Assembly: GCA_947258795.1 (NCBI GenBank)
Contig: CAMYJU010000007.1
Span: 129,392 to 193,391 of the forward strand
Reading direction: 5' to 3'
Origin: an uncultured Gammaproteobacteria bacterium
Lineage (GTDB): Bacteria; Pseudomonadota; Gammaproteobacteria; DRJJ01
Length of the DNA stretch: 64,000 nt
Shown here: piece after piece, positions 20,203-29,969 of the stretch
Numbering within the stretch: the stretch's first letter is position 1
Layout: each line of letters begins with the position of its first letter
Made by a program: the position numbers and the translations under genes
Notes under the pieces: generated by a model
Told to the model about the DNA's origin: nothing
The model's database searches: none
The model's input: only the letters and a program-made list of their open reading frames with translations

Positions 20203-21141
20203 TTAGTCATACATGTTGCGCATATCCGGTTTAAGCTGGTCATAGGCCTTTTTCCGCCAAAGACGGGTTTGCTGTTTCTGATTGGCATCCCATAGTTCCG
20301 TATCCTTGAGTATATTGCAGGCACGTAACTGGAATGACTTGTTGCTATTTTCATCTGAAATAAAATCACTGCCGCCGAAGCAACAGGCCTCATACAGGTC
20401 GACCACATCCGGGCTCATATTGGTATGTGCATGACCCAGCCAGTGGACCATTTCATGGAATACCAGCTCTTTTCGGTTTTCATAACGATGCAGGCGTTGC
20501 ATACGTTTTGGATTACCGGCCAGGTGTTCGGCAATCTGCTGCTCATCCAGCTTGAAAAAATCACGGTAGGCGCTGGGTTCATGCTTACGTGACAAAAAGC
20601 CACTCACGCGGTAGGTGTCAATCGCAACACCCGGGTAACTGATTTCACTGATATCCTGGTCATGTTCATAGTATTTGAACTGCTCGGGCGGGGCGATCGC
20701 GACCGCATAGGCAAAGGTCTTGTCCTCGACACAGCGAAACGTCTTTTGATGATTGCTTTCCAGAATATCCAGTAACAGGGATGCCTGTTGGTTGTGATAG
20801 GGGTGCAGGGGGCCGGCCGGACCGTTACCGGATATGCACTGCAGACCAATACGCAAACCCTCCCGAATATCATTGGCCAGCATCACATAGCCCTGCATCG
20901 GTGATTGCTGGTTATGATAAGGGTAGTTCTTGCAGTTTTCTATCCTGATGGCCGGACCTACGGTAATTCCCGGGGCAGGGTTTCCCTGTTGCGCAATGAA
21001 TGGTTCAAGGTCGAAGCTGGCAAGCAGTTTAGCAATTCGACTGGCAGCGGATTTGTCACTCACAGCATCAGCCAAAGCAACCGACTTCACAGCCAGTGTT
21101 ACCATGAGAATGAACGATATTTTGATCCCGACCCTTAACAT
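20203..21141 (-). CDS. Secreted hypothetical protein with an HExxH zinc-peptidase-like motif
   Basis: Signal peptide MLRVGIKISFILMVTLAVKSVALA. HEMVHWLGH motif. No further family assignment possible by eye. Confidence 0.45.
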   Translation of the reverse strand: MLRVGIKISFILMVTLAVKSVALADAVSDKSAASRIAKLLASFDLEPFIAQQGNPAPGITVGPAIRIENCKNYPYHNQQSPMQGYVMLANDIREGLRIGLQCISGNGPAGPLHPYHNQQASLLLDILESNHQKTFRCVEDKTFAYAVAIAPPEQFKYYEHDQDISEISYPGVAIDTYRVSGFLSRKHEPSAYRDFFKLDEQQIAEHLAGNPKRMQRLHRYENRKELVFHEMVHWLGHAHTNMSPDVVDLYEACCFGGSDFISDENSNKSFQLRACNILKDTELWDANQKQQTRLWRKKAYDQLKPDMRNMYD

Positions 21142-21426
21142 CACACTGAAACAGCACCTTGCTGGCATATTTCAAACACATAAATACCCATATTCGATAT
21201 GTCATCGAATATACAATGTATATACATAAAATAGACAAGGGATTTGAGGCTTGTCAAGCCGGATATTGATATTTATTAATAACCTGGCGTTGTCTAGGCT
21301 TCCACAGGGGAGGAATTAGAGGTAAATCCTGAGGTATGAGTAAGGGATATACGGCTTGGCGCTCCGATCTGAGAACAGATCTTTCGCCAGATTTGAAGTG
21401 GTGATGCTAGAGCAGGAACTGTTCGA

Positions 21427-22434
21427 TTACAGGTCTTTGGCGATATAGGCGGCCAGTTCCATCATCCGGTTCACGTAGCCCCACTCATTGTCATACCAGG
21501 TGTAGATCTTGACCTGGGTGCCATTGATGACCATTGTGGACAGGGCGTCGATAATCGAGGAATGCGGATTGTTGACATAGTCTACCGATACCAGTGGACG
21601 TTCCTCGTAACCCAGGATACCGGCCAGTTCGCCTTCTGCGGCCTGTTTGAATAAGTGGTTCACTTCTTCTGCCGTGGTTTCACGTTTGGCCTCAAATACA
21701 AAGTCCGTCAGCGATGCGTTCAGTAGTGGTACGCGTACTGCATGGCCATTTAGGCGACCCGTCAGCTCCGGGAAGATTTTTGTAATGGCTTTGGCCGAGC
21801 CGGTCGTGGTCGGGATTAATGATTCGCCACAGGCGCGTGCGCGCCGCAAGTCCTTGTGACCCTTGTCTACAATGGTCTGGGTATTGGTAATATCGTGGAT
21901 AGTGGTCATGCAGCCATGCTGAATACCTATCTGTTCATTCATTACCTTGACCACTGGTGCGAGGCAATTGGTGGTGCATGATGCCGCGGTGACAATCTGA
22001 TGCTTGTCAGGCTCATATTCGTGATGGTTAATACCATAGACAATGTTGATGGCCGGTTCCGGAACCGGCGCGGATACCAGCACCTTGCTAACGCCCTGGT
22101 CCAGATAGCATTGCAGGTCATCTTCGGTCTTGAACTTGCCGGTGCATTCGATGACCATCTCTACGCCGAGCCCGGCCCAGTCTATGTCATCGGGTTTGGG
22201 CAGGCTTGAAAAGCCGATCTGCTGGCCATCGATGTAAATGGCATTTTTATCGCTGTTGAACTCCCTTTCCCAACGGCCATGGACTGAATCAAATTCGAGC
22301 AGATGTGCCATCGCTGCACTATCGCCCGCAATCTCATTGACATGCACGATGTCATAGGCAGGGTTATCCAGGCCTGCACGTAGACTGAGTCTACCCATGC
22401 GGCCCAGGCCATTGATACCGACTTTAACTGGCAT
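21427..22434 (-). CDS. gap: Type I glyceraldehyde-3-phosphate dehydrogenase
   Basis: [13 protein letters not shown]-binding motif, [10 protein letters not shown] active site, WYDNEWGY. Confidence 0.9.
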   Translation of the reverse strand: MPVKVGINGLGRMGRLSLRAGLDNPAYDIVHVNEIAGDSAAMAHLLEFDSVHGRWEREFNSDKNAIYIDGQQIGFSSLPKPDDIDWAGLGVEMVIECTGKFKTEDDLQCYLDQGVSKVLVSAPVPEPAINIVYGINHHEYEPDKHQIVTAASCTTNCLAPVVKVMNEQIGIQHGCMTTIHDITNTQTIVDKGHKDLRRARACGESLIPTTTGSAKAITKIFPELTGRLNGHAVRVPLLNASLTDFVFEAKRETTAEEVNHLFKQAAEGELAGILGYEERPLVSVDYVNNPHSSIIDALSTMVINGTQVKIYTWYDNEWGYVNRMMELAAYIAKDL

Positions 22435-22769
22435 TGCTGTACCCCGAGTGAACTTGTTAGTGAAGGTTTCCGTTTATCGGGAAACGTGCAGACTGGTTCT
22501 GACGCAGGTTTCAGGATCAAAACCATATCCAAAAAGTTGTTATGAAAGCATAATGGCTGAATATGACCATTTTATGACAGGGGCCTGACTGCTTGCCGGT
22601 GCCGGTGCTTGTTTTTTTAAAGACCGGGTGCAACGCTTGTCATGAAAATCCTGCTTTATGATGAGTAAACAAGACCGCTCCATACCGGCTTGATCTGGCG
22701 CAATGGAACTCATCGCTGAATGGGCTATGCTTGTAATACAGCTGAGAAAAGGTGGGGAGGTGCTATCAT

Positions 22770-22991
22770 ATGGCAGTCTTTTTGTCCTATCGTGCTGTTG
22801 TAGCAGGGGACCCTGAAATTCCATCTGAACCACCTCCGGAAGCACCTCAACAAGAACCGGCAGAGGTGCCCTCGGAACCGGTGCCCGAATCAGAACCGGC
22901 ACCCTCTGAGCAGCCATCTTATGCGCCACCAGAGATACCTGAAGGGATACCCCCTGAAGTACGGGCAGAAATGGTATCCCGAGGAGTATGA
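22770..22991 (+). CDS. Small Pro/Glu-rich low-complexity protein
   Basis: GGAGG RBS 8 nt upstream of the ATG. PEIPSEPPPEAPQQEPAEVPSEPVPESEPAPSEQP repeats. Stop overlaps the start of the next gene as ATGA. Confidence 0.35.
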   Translation: MAVFLSYRAVVAGDPEIPSEPPPEAPQQEPAEVPSEPVPESEPAPSEQPSYAPPEIPEGIPPEVRAEMVSRGV

Positions 22992-23458
22992 CTATGACCC
23001 TGGCAACAACCCAGGAACAATACCTGGCGAAACAAAATGCGGAATACGACCTGCTGCAGCACCATCACACAGGTTCCAGCCATCAGACGGCAGAAGCGGC
23101 ACATATACCGGAAGACCTTATCGCCAAGGCCGTACTGGTACAGGATACAGCCGGCTATATGCTGGTCGTTATTCCGGCCAATAGCCGATTGAGACTGGAC
23201 GATATTTGTCACGAATTCAATCGTAGTCTGGATCTGGCAACAGAGGAAGAAATTTCTGAAGTATTCGAGGATTGCGAACCAGGAGCCGTGCCACCACTCG
23301 GCCCTGCCTATGGCATTGAGACCTTGCTGGATGAATCACTGACCCTTCTGGACGAGGTGTATTTCGAGGCAGGTGATCACAAGCAACTGGTCCACCTGCG
23401 CGGCGAGGAATTCCAGGATTTACTCAGAGATGCCCATCGTGGGTACTATAGCCACTAG
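22988..23458 (+). CDS. YbaK/ProX-like aminoacyl-tRNA deacylase domain protein
   Basis: 156 aa. KAVLVQDTAGYMLVVIPANSRL...GAVPPLG resembles the YbaK/ProRS-editing fold. Confidence 0.5.
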   Translation: MTMTLATTQEQYLAKQNAEYDLLQHHHTGSSHQTAEAAHIPEDLIAKAVLVQDTAGYMLVVIPANSRLRLDDICHEFNRSLDLATEEEISEVFEDCEPGAVPPLGPAYGIETLLDESLTLLDEVYFEAGDHKQLVHLRGEEFQDLLRDAHRGYYSH

Positions 23459-23483
23459 TGTCGAACGGAACAGACCGACAGCG

Positions 23484-24095
23484 ATGCGTTGTGAGTTGGT
23501 GACCTGGCAAAGGTTCTGCGAGTTGTCACGGCGATTGTCACAGATGATTCGTGCCTCGGCGTTCAGACCGGACATGATAGTCGCTATCGGGCGCGGTGGT
23601 TACATGCCGGCACGCCTGTTATCCGACTCCCTGGATGTCTACAACATGACGGGTTTCAAGATCGAACATTATCATGCGGCAAACCGGAAACCGCAGGCAA
23701 TACTGCGTTATCCGCTTTCAGCAAAAGTGGAAGGGCTGAAACTGTTACTCGTTGATGACGTAAGTGATGCTGGCGATACATTTGAACTGGCGGTGTCTCA
23801 TCTGCACGAGTCAGGACCGCCTGCGGAATTAAAAACGGCTGTTTTGCATCACAAGACCGTGTCAAGCTTCATACCGGATTACTACGCAGAAGAACAGACC
23901 GAGTGGCGCTGGTTGATCTATCCCTGGTCGATACTCGAGGACGTCAGCGGCTTCATCAGGGAACTGGATCTGATTGACGCAGGAACAGAAAAAACGCAGG
24001 CAGGTATTGAATCCGCCTATGGTGTCAGAATACCTATCGATGTGCTTGATGATGCCAGGATCCTGTCCAGGCAGTACAGTGAAAATCAGGCATAG
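23484..24095 (+). CDS. Phosphoribosyltransferase (purine PRTase-like)
   Basis: LLLVDDVSDAGDTF matches the PRPP-binding motif. Confidence 0.65.
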   Translation: MRCELVTWQRFCELSRRLSQMIRASAFRPDMIVAIGRGGYMPARLLSDSLDVYNMTGFKIEHYHAANRKPQAILRYPLSAKVEGLKLLLVDDVSDAGDTFELAVSHLHESGPPAELKTAVLHHKTVSSFIPDYYAEEQTEWRWLIYPWSILEDVSGFIRELDLIDAGTEKTQAGIESAYGVRIPIDVLDDARILSRQYSENQA

Positions 24096-24170
24096 ACCGG
24101 GCTGGTCAGGGCCGGGCCGTTGTACAGGAATTACTGGAATATACAATTGATCAGTTACAGGAGGTGTAAT

Positions 24171-24671
24171 ATGGCCAAGAAAGAAACTAAGCAAGGCAAT
24201 GGCGGCGACATACTGAAATCCACCCCCATGCATGCGTTGAGTCCATTCGAGGAAATGGAACGTATGTTTGGCAATATGTTTTCACCAACCCATCATCGGC
24301 CTATTTGGTCATGGCCGTCCTGGGCGGAGATGGGCCCAATGATAGAGGATAATATGCCGCGCATGGATATCATCGAGCGTGATGACGAGGTGGTGGTTCG
24401 TGCCGAAATGGCCGGTGTTGACAAAAAGGACCTCGAGGTGTTTGTGACAGATCACTCGGTCACGATCAAAGGTCAGACAAAAAAGGAGCACAAGGAAGAA
24501 AAGGGAGACTACTACCGTACCGAGATATCACAGGGTGCTTTCGCACGCACATCGACACTGCCATGCGAAGTCGATGGAGACAAGGCCAGGGCCAAATTCT
24601 CGGATGGTATACTCGAGTTGACAATTCCAAAGCTTGAAGCATCCAGACGTCATACAATCAAGGTAGAGTAA
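24171..24671 (+). CDS. Hsp20/alpha-crystallin small heat-shock protein
   Basis: AGGAGG RBS. Alpha-crystallin domain with AEMAGVDKKDLEV...GILELTIPK. Confidence 0.85.
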   Translation: MAKKETKQGNGGDILKSTPMHALSPFEEMERMFGNMFSPTHHRPIWSWPSWAEMGPMIEDNMPRMDIIERDDEVVVRAEMAGVDKKDLEVFVTDHSVTIKGQTKKEHKEEKGDYYRTEISQGAFARTSTLPCEVDGDKARAKFSDGILELTIPKLEASRRHTIKVE

Positions 24672-24716
24672 ATCCCTGTGTGCCACTGTTCTGATGGCGG
24701 TACGCGATGATCAATG

Positions 24717-24741
24717 CCGGTGCGCCTGCTGTTCGCACCGG
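24717..24741 (+). terminator. Possible terminator hairpin downstream of hsp20
   Basis: CCGGTGCG-CCTGCTGTT-CGCACCGG, an 8-bp perfect stem. No clear U-tract. Confidence 0.3.
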
Positions 24742-24895
24742 TAATGCACGACTATAACCCATTAACTGTCTGCGATGACGATAACAAAAAGATGTTCAGT
24801 GTACGCAGACAATCTGTGCCAGCTCTACCAGAAGCATGCGCATGCTGTGTCAGACATGACCAGTAGAGATAAACAACAATCCTAAGGAGAACAGA

Positions 24896-25465
24896 ATGCA
24901 GTTACCCTTACAGATTACCTTTCAGAAAATGGAACCTTCACCAGCCGTCGAGGCCAAAATTCGCGAAAAGGCTGAAAAGCTGGAGCGATTTCATGATCAC
25001 ATCATGGCATGCCGGGTCGTTGTTGAGCCGCTAGGTCAGCATCATCACCAGGGCAACCTGTACCAGATCAAGATCGATATTACCGTACCGGGTGGCGAGA
25101 TCGTGGTCAGCCGGGAAAGTGGACAGAACCACGCCCACGAAGACATCTATGTCTCCATTCGTGATGCCTTCAATGCGGCCCGCCGCCAACTGGAGGAACG
25201 TTTACGCAAGACCCGGCGCAAGGTCAAGACCCACGAAGTACCGCCACATGGCAGGGTGGTCGAATATTTACCGGATGATGGTTATGGCAAAATCCTGAGT
25301 TCCGATGGACGCGAAATCTATTTCCATGAAAATAGTGTATTAAATGGCGGTTTCCGGCAACTCGATGTTGGCAGTGAGGTACGTTTTGTTGAAAGTGAAG
25401 GGGATATGGGGCCTCAGGCCAGTACGGTCAGGCCGGTAGGCAAGCATCATCTCGCCGAGCCTTAA
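24896..25465 (+). CDS. hpf: Ribosome hibernation promoting factor (HPF/RaiA) N-terminal domain fused to a C-terminal cold-shock (CSD/OB) domain
   Basis: N-terminal MQLPLQITFQKMEPSPAVEAKIREKAEKLERF...YQIKIDITVPGGEIVV is the S30EA/HPF fold. C-terminal HGRVVEYLPDDGYGKILSSDGREIYFHENSV...GSEVRFVESEGDMGPQASTVRPV aligns with CspA-type KGxVKWFNxxKGFGFI...DVFVHxSAI...GxxVxF...GxKGPxAxNV. Confidence 0.65.
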   Translation: MQLPLQITFQKMEPSPAVEAKIREKAEKLERFHDHIMACRVVVEPLGQHHHQGNLYQIKIDITVPGGEIVVSRESGQNHAHEDIYVSIRDAFNAARRQLEERLRKTRRKVKTHEVPPHGRVVEYLPDDGYGKILSSDGREIYFHENSVLNGGFRQLDVGSEVRFVESEGDMGPQASTVRPVGKHHLAEP

Positions 25466-25568
25466 AGTCAGTCTAATTGTAACAGGGATGATTGCAGAAT
25501 CCGTGTTTTGAACTATTGTTGATTCGGGAATGTATGAAAGTTTCTGTAGTCAGCAAGGAGGAACCACC

Positions 25569-26027
25569 ATGAGAGTTTCTGATGTGATGACCACGAATAT
25601 CAGATCCTGTACTCCGCAAACCGACCTGGAAACCGTCGCGATGGAAATGTGGAACGGTGATTGCGGCTCGATTCCGGTGATGAGTGATACCGGGATGCCG
25701 ATCGGCATGATTACCGACCGTGATATTGCCATGGCCGGGGCATTGCAACACAGGGCCTTGTGCGATATTGAAACCAGTGAAGTGATCAATGGTAATGGCG
25801 TGCGTTGTTGTAACACCGAGGACTCGATCGAGTCGGCATTGCAAACCATGTCGGATGCACATATACGCCGCTTACCGGTTATTGATGACAGCGGTAGTCT
25901 GCAGGGTATGTTATCAGTGGATGATGTGGTCGCTTGTGCAGAGCGCGGCAAGAGAGGTGAGGGGAAACCGGAACTGTCTTTTGAAGATGCAATGACGACA
26001 TTGAAGTCGGTATGCAAGCACCACTAG
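25569..26027 (+). CDS. CBS-domain pair protein
   Basis: GGAGG RBS. VSDVMTTNIRSCTPQTDLETVAMEM... and IRRLPVIDDSGSLQGMLSVDDV are typical CBS repeats. Confidence 0.7.
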   Translation: MRVSDVMTTNIRSCTPQTDLETVAMEMWNGDCGSIPVMSDTGMPIGMITDRDIAMAGALQHRALCDIETSEVINGNGVRCCNTEDSIESALQTMSDAHIRRLPVIDDSGSLQGMLSVDDVVACAERGKRGEGKPELSFEDAMTTLKSVCKHH

Positions 26028-26165
26028 GGTAGAAGTCAGCCCTTCTCCCCGGATGGTGAGAAGGGCGCAACTTCTGATGCAGAGGCTCTTCCTGTTTGCG
26101 GCCAAGAGCTGGGCAGGCTTAATGCTGGTCTCCTCGATAACAACAACATGATTTAAACGGTCATT

Positions 26166-26591
26166 TTGACATCTCACTTATTTCTGTATCAAAGTAGCGA
26201 TGACAGCTCTATGGCAACAGAAGTCGACCCTGTATTAGGAAACTGGTATCAGCACCTTGGTAAAGGTCAGAAATTCTGCGTGGTAGCGCGGGATGATAGC
26301 GAGGGTAGTATTGAAATCCAGTATTTCGATGGTGGCGTGGAAGAAGTCAGCCAGGATGGCTGGTTTGAACTCGATGTCGAGATGGTGGAGGCACCGGAAG
26401 ACTGGTCCGGTCCGATTGATATTGCCGAAACTGATGATCTGGGTACCCAGATCACCGATACCTCTGCCGAGGACTGGTGTGCTGCGCAGCAGGAAATCAG
26501 GGTGGAGGTGGCGGACGCAGGCCGGTCGGCAGTGGAGGATGTGTGGGAAGAGGATCGTTCCAGCGAAGAGCCATGGGATGACGAGCTATGA
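26166..26591 (+). CDS. Hypothetical highly acidic protein
   Basis: 141 aa, very Asp/Glu/Trp-rich (WEEDRSSEEPWDDEL). No identifiable domain. Confidence 0.3.
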   Translation: MTSHLFLYQSSDDSSMATEVDPVLGNWYQHLGKGQKFCVVARDDSEGSIEIQYFDGGVEEVSQDGWFELDVEMVEAPEDWSGPIDIAETDDLGTQITDTSAEDWCAAQQEIRVEVADAGRSAVEDVWEEDRSSEEPWDDEL

Positions 26592-26625
26592 CGATTGCAA
26601 GCAATCCAGTGCCATCTGTATGCAG

Positions 26626-26901
26626 TCAGCTGGAAGACAAACGTGTTGTCTCATTGGCACCGGAATCATACATAATCAATTTCCAGCAGTCTGATGCGGG
26701 CTGGTATTGCAGAATATAGATGCCGCCATCATCTCCACGTAGTTTGAAATAGCTGTAGTTCGGGTCCAGCCATCGATCGATAATCTCATCAACTTCAATC
26801 CTGCGCTGGCCGATATAAAAATGCTGTGGATACTCCTCGGTACGATAGCCGGTATGGCATGCAACCCGGGCTGCGGGTGTTTGATGTTGTTCGTGTTCCA
26901 T
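26626..26901 (-). CDS. Hypothetical small protein
   Basis: 91 aa ORF convergent with the acidic protein. No identifiable motif. Confidence 0.3.
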   Translation of the reverse strand: MEHEQHQTPAARVACHTGYRTEEYPQHFYIGQRRIEVDEIIDRWLDPNYSYFKLRGDDGGIYILQYQPASDCWKLIMYDSGANETTRLSSS

Positions 26902-26987
26902 TGTTATCCCGCTGCTGCCTGTCCCCGCGGAGGCGGGGAGCGGGAATCCAGTATTTAATTAAATGACATAGTTGGCGGCTCACGGAG

Positions 26988-28241
26988 ATGTTGATGTCGA
27001 AGGCGAGAGTTACTACAGCAGTCTTACTCGGCGCCGCGTTTTGCGTACTGGCGGCCTGCAACGAGCAGGTGGAGAAAATACCGCGTCTGCACTGGTACGT
27101 GTTTGACGAACAGTCTGGCGCGTTCAGGCAGGCCGCCGAGCATTGTAGCCAGGCATCGCAGGGCCGCTATCAGATTCAATTGACGCCACTACCGACAGAT
27201 GCAGATCAGCAGCGCGAACAACTCGTGCGCCGTCTCGCCGCTGGCGACCCGGATATCGATCTGGTCGGTATGGATGTAATCTGGACCGCCGAGTTCGCAG
27301 AAGCCGGCTGGGTGTTACCCTGGCAGCAACAACATGCACGCAGTCTAAAACAGGGTCGCCTGGCGAGCGCGATCGAAAGCGCGACTTATAAAAACAGACT
27401 TTGGGCCGCGCCGTTCACAACCAATACCCAGTTGCTCTGGTATCGTACGGATCGCATCGAGACGCCACCAGCAAGCTGGCAGGAAATGATCGACATGGCA
27501 GAGCGACTGGGTGAGCACGGTACGATCCAGGCTCAGGGCGAGCGCTACGAGGGTCTGACTGTGTTTTTCGTCTCGTTGCTCGCTTCGGCAGGTGGTTCGG
27601 TACTGGATGTCGATAAGCAGACGGTGTTGCTGGAGCAGCAGCCTGTCCGGCAGGCGCTGGCAGTCATGCAGCGGCTGGCAAACTCCGCCGCAGCCGCCCC
27701 CAATCTGGCGACTGCGCGTGAGGATCATGCGCGCCTCGCATTTGAGACCGGCAGATCCAGCTTCATGGTCAACTATACCTACGTCTGGCCGAGCGCCCAG
27801 GCCAATGTACCAGGTCTTGCAAAGCATATCGGCTGGGCACGTTGGCCAGCGGTGGTAGCAGGTCTGCCCAGCCGTGTGACCATTGGCGGTATCAATATCG
27901 GCATTGCTGCGTACAGTCGTTATCCGGACCTGGCTTTCGAGGCGGCATCTTGTATCGTGTCTGAGCCGAACCAGCGACGGGCGGCGACCATCGGCGGCTT
28001 GCCGCCGACGCTCGCTGCGCTCTATGATGACCAACAGGTACGCCAGACCTTCCCGTTTGCGGACCTGCTGCGTGAAACCCTGCGTGATGCGGTACAACGG
28101 CCGCAATCACCGCTGTATGCGGACATCTCGCAGGCGCTCTGTCATAGCCTGCACCCGATGAACGGACTCGACCCGGACAGGGATGCTGCGCGCCTGCGCA
28201 AGGCAGTGACTCGAGCACTGCTCTCAGAGGGTCTGTTATGA
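26988..28241 (+). CDS. Carbohydrate ABC transporter substrate-binding lipoprotein (CUT1 family)
   Basis: Lipobox VLAAC. Family-1 extracellular solute-binding architecture. Confidence 0.7.
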   Translation: MLMSKARVTTAVLLGAAFCVLAACNEQVEKIPRLHWYVFDEQSGAFRQAAEHCSQASQGRYQIQLTPLPTDADQQREQLVRRLAAGDPDIDLVGMDVIWTAEFAEAGWVLPWQQQHARSLKQGRLASAIESATYKNRLWAAPFTTNTQLLWYRTDRIETPPASWQEMIDMAERLGEHGTIQAQGERYEGLTVFFVSLLASAGGSVLDVDKQTVLLEQQPVRQALAVMQRLANSAAAAPNLATAREDHARLAFETGRSSFMVNYTYVWPSAQANVPGLAKHIGWARWPAVVAGLPSRVTIGGINIGIAAYSRYPDLAFEAASCIVSEPNQRRAATIGGLPPTLAALYDDQQVRQTFPFADLLRETLRDAVQRPQSPLYADISQALCHSLHPMNGLDPDRDAARLRKAVTRALLSEGLL

Positions 28242-29113
28242 GTCGGCTTAAGCATAGCGAGCATCGTCTGGCATGGTTGCTGTGCGCACCGGCGGTGATC
28301 GCAATGCTGCTGGTCACTGCCTGGCCAATGCTGTATGCGTTCTGGTTGTCATTGTTTCGTTACGACCTGCGTTTTCCGGATAAATACGAATTCATCGGGA
28401 TCGACAATTACCTGAGTGTACTGGGTTCCGAGGCATGGTGGCAGGCCCTGAGCAATACCCTGGTGATTACAGTCGCATCGGTGTCGGTAGAGCTGGTACT
28501 TGGGTTTGTGTTTGCGTTGATCATGCACCATGCACTGATCGGTCGGCGCCTGGTGCGTACCTCATTGCTGATTCCGTACGGGATTATCACCGTGGTCGCG
28601 GCAATGGCCTGGCGTTTTGCATTCGACCCGACCACCGGGTTTGTCAATGCCCTGTCGGGGATGCAAGGGGCCTGGCTGGCAGAACGTTGGTCGGCCTTCT
28701 TCGTGATTATTCAGACCGAGATCTGGAAGACCACACCATTCATGGCATTGTTGCTGCTGGCTGGTCTGACCCTGGTGCCGGTCGACCTGATACGCGCAGC
28801 CCGTGTGGATGGAGCGAATGCGGTGCAGCGGTTTTTCAGGATTACCTTGCCGCTGATGCGACCGGTGATCATGGTCGCCTTACTGTTTCGTACGCTGGAT
28901 GCGTTTCGTATATTTGATACAGTGTTTGTGCAGACGCGTGGTGCGCAGGGCACCGAGTCGGTATCGATCACCGGTTATAACGCACTGATTACCCGGCTCA
29001 ACCTCGGTCTGGGTTCGGCCGTCTCGGTGCTGATCTTCCTGTGTGTGATCATCATCGCGATCATTTACATCAAGGGCTTTGCTATCGATCTGTCCCGGCG
29101 GGAGCACTCATGA
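28238..29113 (+). CDS. Carbohydrate ABC transporter permease (MalF/UgpA-like)
   Basis: Six TM segments. EAA-loop region [29 protein letters not shown]. Confidence 0.8.
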   Translation: MSRLKHSEHRLAWLLCAPAVIAMLLVTAWPMLYAFWLSLFRYDLRFPDKYEFIGIDNYLSVLGSEAWWQALSNTLVITVASVSVELVLGFVFALIMHHALIGRRLVRTSLLIPYGIITVVAAMAWRFAFDPTTGFVNALSGMQGAWLAERWSAFFVIIQTEIWKTTPFMALLLLAGLTLVPVDLIRAARVDGANAVQRFFRITLPLMRPVIMVALLFRTLDAFRIFDTVFVQTRGAQGTESVSITGYNALITRLNLGLGSAVSVLIFLCVIIIAIIYIKGFAIDLSRREHS

Positions 29114-29952
29114 CTACGACCAAGGATCATGGTCTTAGCGAACGGCTGTTCTGGGGACTGGGTAGTGTGCTGGTCGTGGTCTATGCACTCATCCCTGTGT
29201 TCTGGATAATTTCGTTGTCGCTGAAACGTAGCGCCGATCTTGGAGATGGCCGTTTTATATCGGCTACTGTCAGCCTGGAACACTATCAAGCGGTGTTCAG
29301 TGACCCGCAGTTCCCAGCGGCGTTATGGAACTCGATTGGTATCGCCGGGATCTCGACCCTGGCCGCTGTGATGCTGGGCATGTTTGCGGCCTATGCAATC
29401 GTACGTCTGGAATTCCCGGGCAGGCGCCTGATCCTCGCTACCGCACTGGCCATAGCGATGTTTCCGCCAATCTCGATTATTGGACCGTTATTTAATATGT
29501 GGCGTGTGCTGGGACTGTACGATACCTGGTTCGGGCTGATACTCACGTATATGACCTTCACCTTGCCATTGGCGATCTGGATCTTGTCCGCGTTCTTTCG
29601 ATCCATCCCGTGGGACCTGGAAAAGGCAGCACGGATAGATGGCGCAACGCCGTTACAGGCATTCATAAAAGTAATTGTGCCGTTGGCAGCGCCGGGTGTA
29701 TTCACCGCCGCGATCCTGGTGTTCATGTTCGCCTGGAATGACTTTGTGTTTGCGATATCGCTGACCTCGACCAATGACGCACGTACCGTACCGGCCGCGA
29801 TTGCGTTCTTTACCGGCAGCTCGCGTTTTGAGCAGCCCACCGGCTCGATCGCGGCCGCATCAGTGGTGGTGACACTGCCGATCATTATCGTTGTATTGCT
29901 GTTCCAGCGACGTATCGTGGCGGGCCTGACGACCGGTGCGGTCAAGGAGTAA
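29110..29952 (+). CDS. Carbohydrate ABC transporter permease (MalG/UgpE-like)
   Basis: Start MTTTKDH overlaps the previous stop. EAA loop [25 protein letters not shown]. Confidence 0.8.
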   Translation: MTTTKDHGLSERLFWGLGSVLVVVYALIPVFWIISLSLKRSADLGDGRFISATVSLEHYQAVFSDPQFPAALWNSIGIAGISTLAAVMLGMFAAYAIVRLEFPGRRLILATALAIAMFPPISIIGPLFNMWRVLGLYDTWFGLILTYMTFTLPLAIWILSAFFRSIPWDLEKAARIDGATPLQAFIKVIVPLAAPGVFTAAILVFMFAWNDFVFAISLTSTNDARTVPAAIAFFTGSSRFEQPTGSIAAASVVVTLPIIIVVLLFQRRIVAGLTTGAVKE

Positions 29953-29969
29953 CGGAGACGATTGGTGTT

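Noticed and set aside
25473-26017. Minus-strand ORFs overlapping the CBS-domain gene.
   Set aside because: The CBS gene has an RBS and clear CBS repeats. The antisense ORFs have no features.
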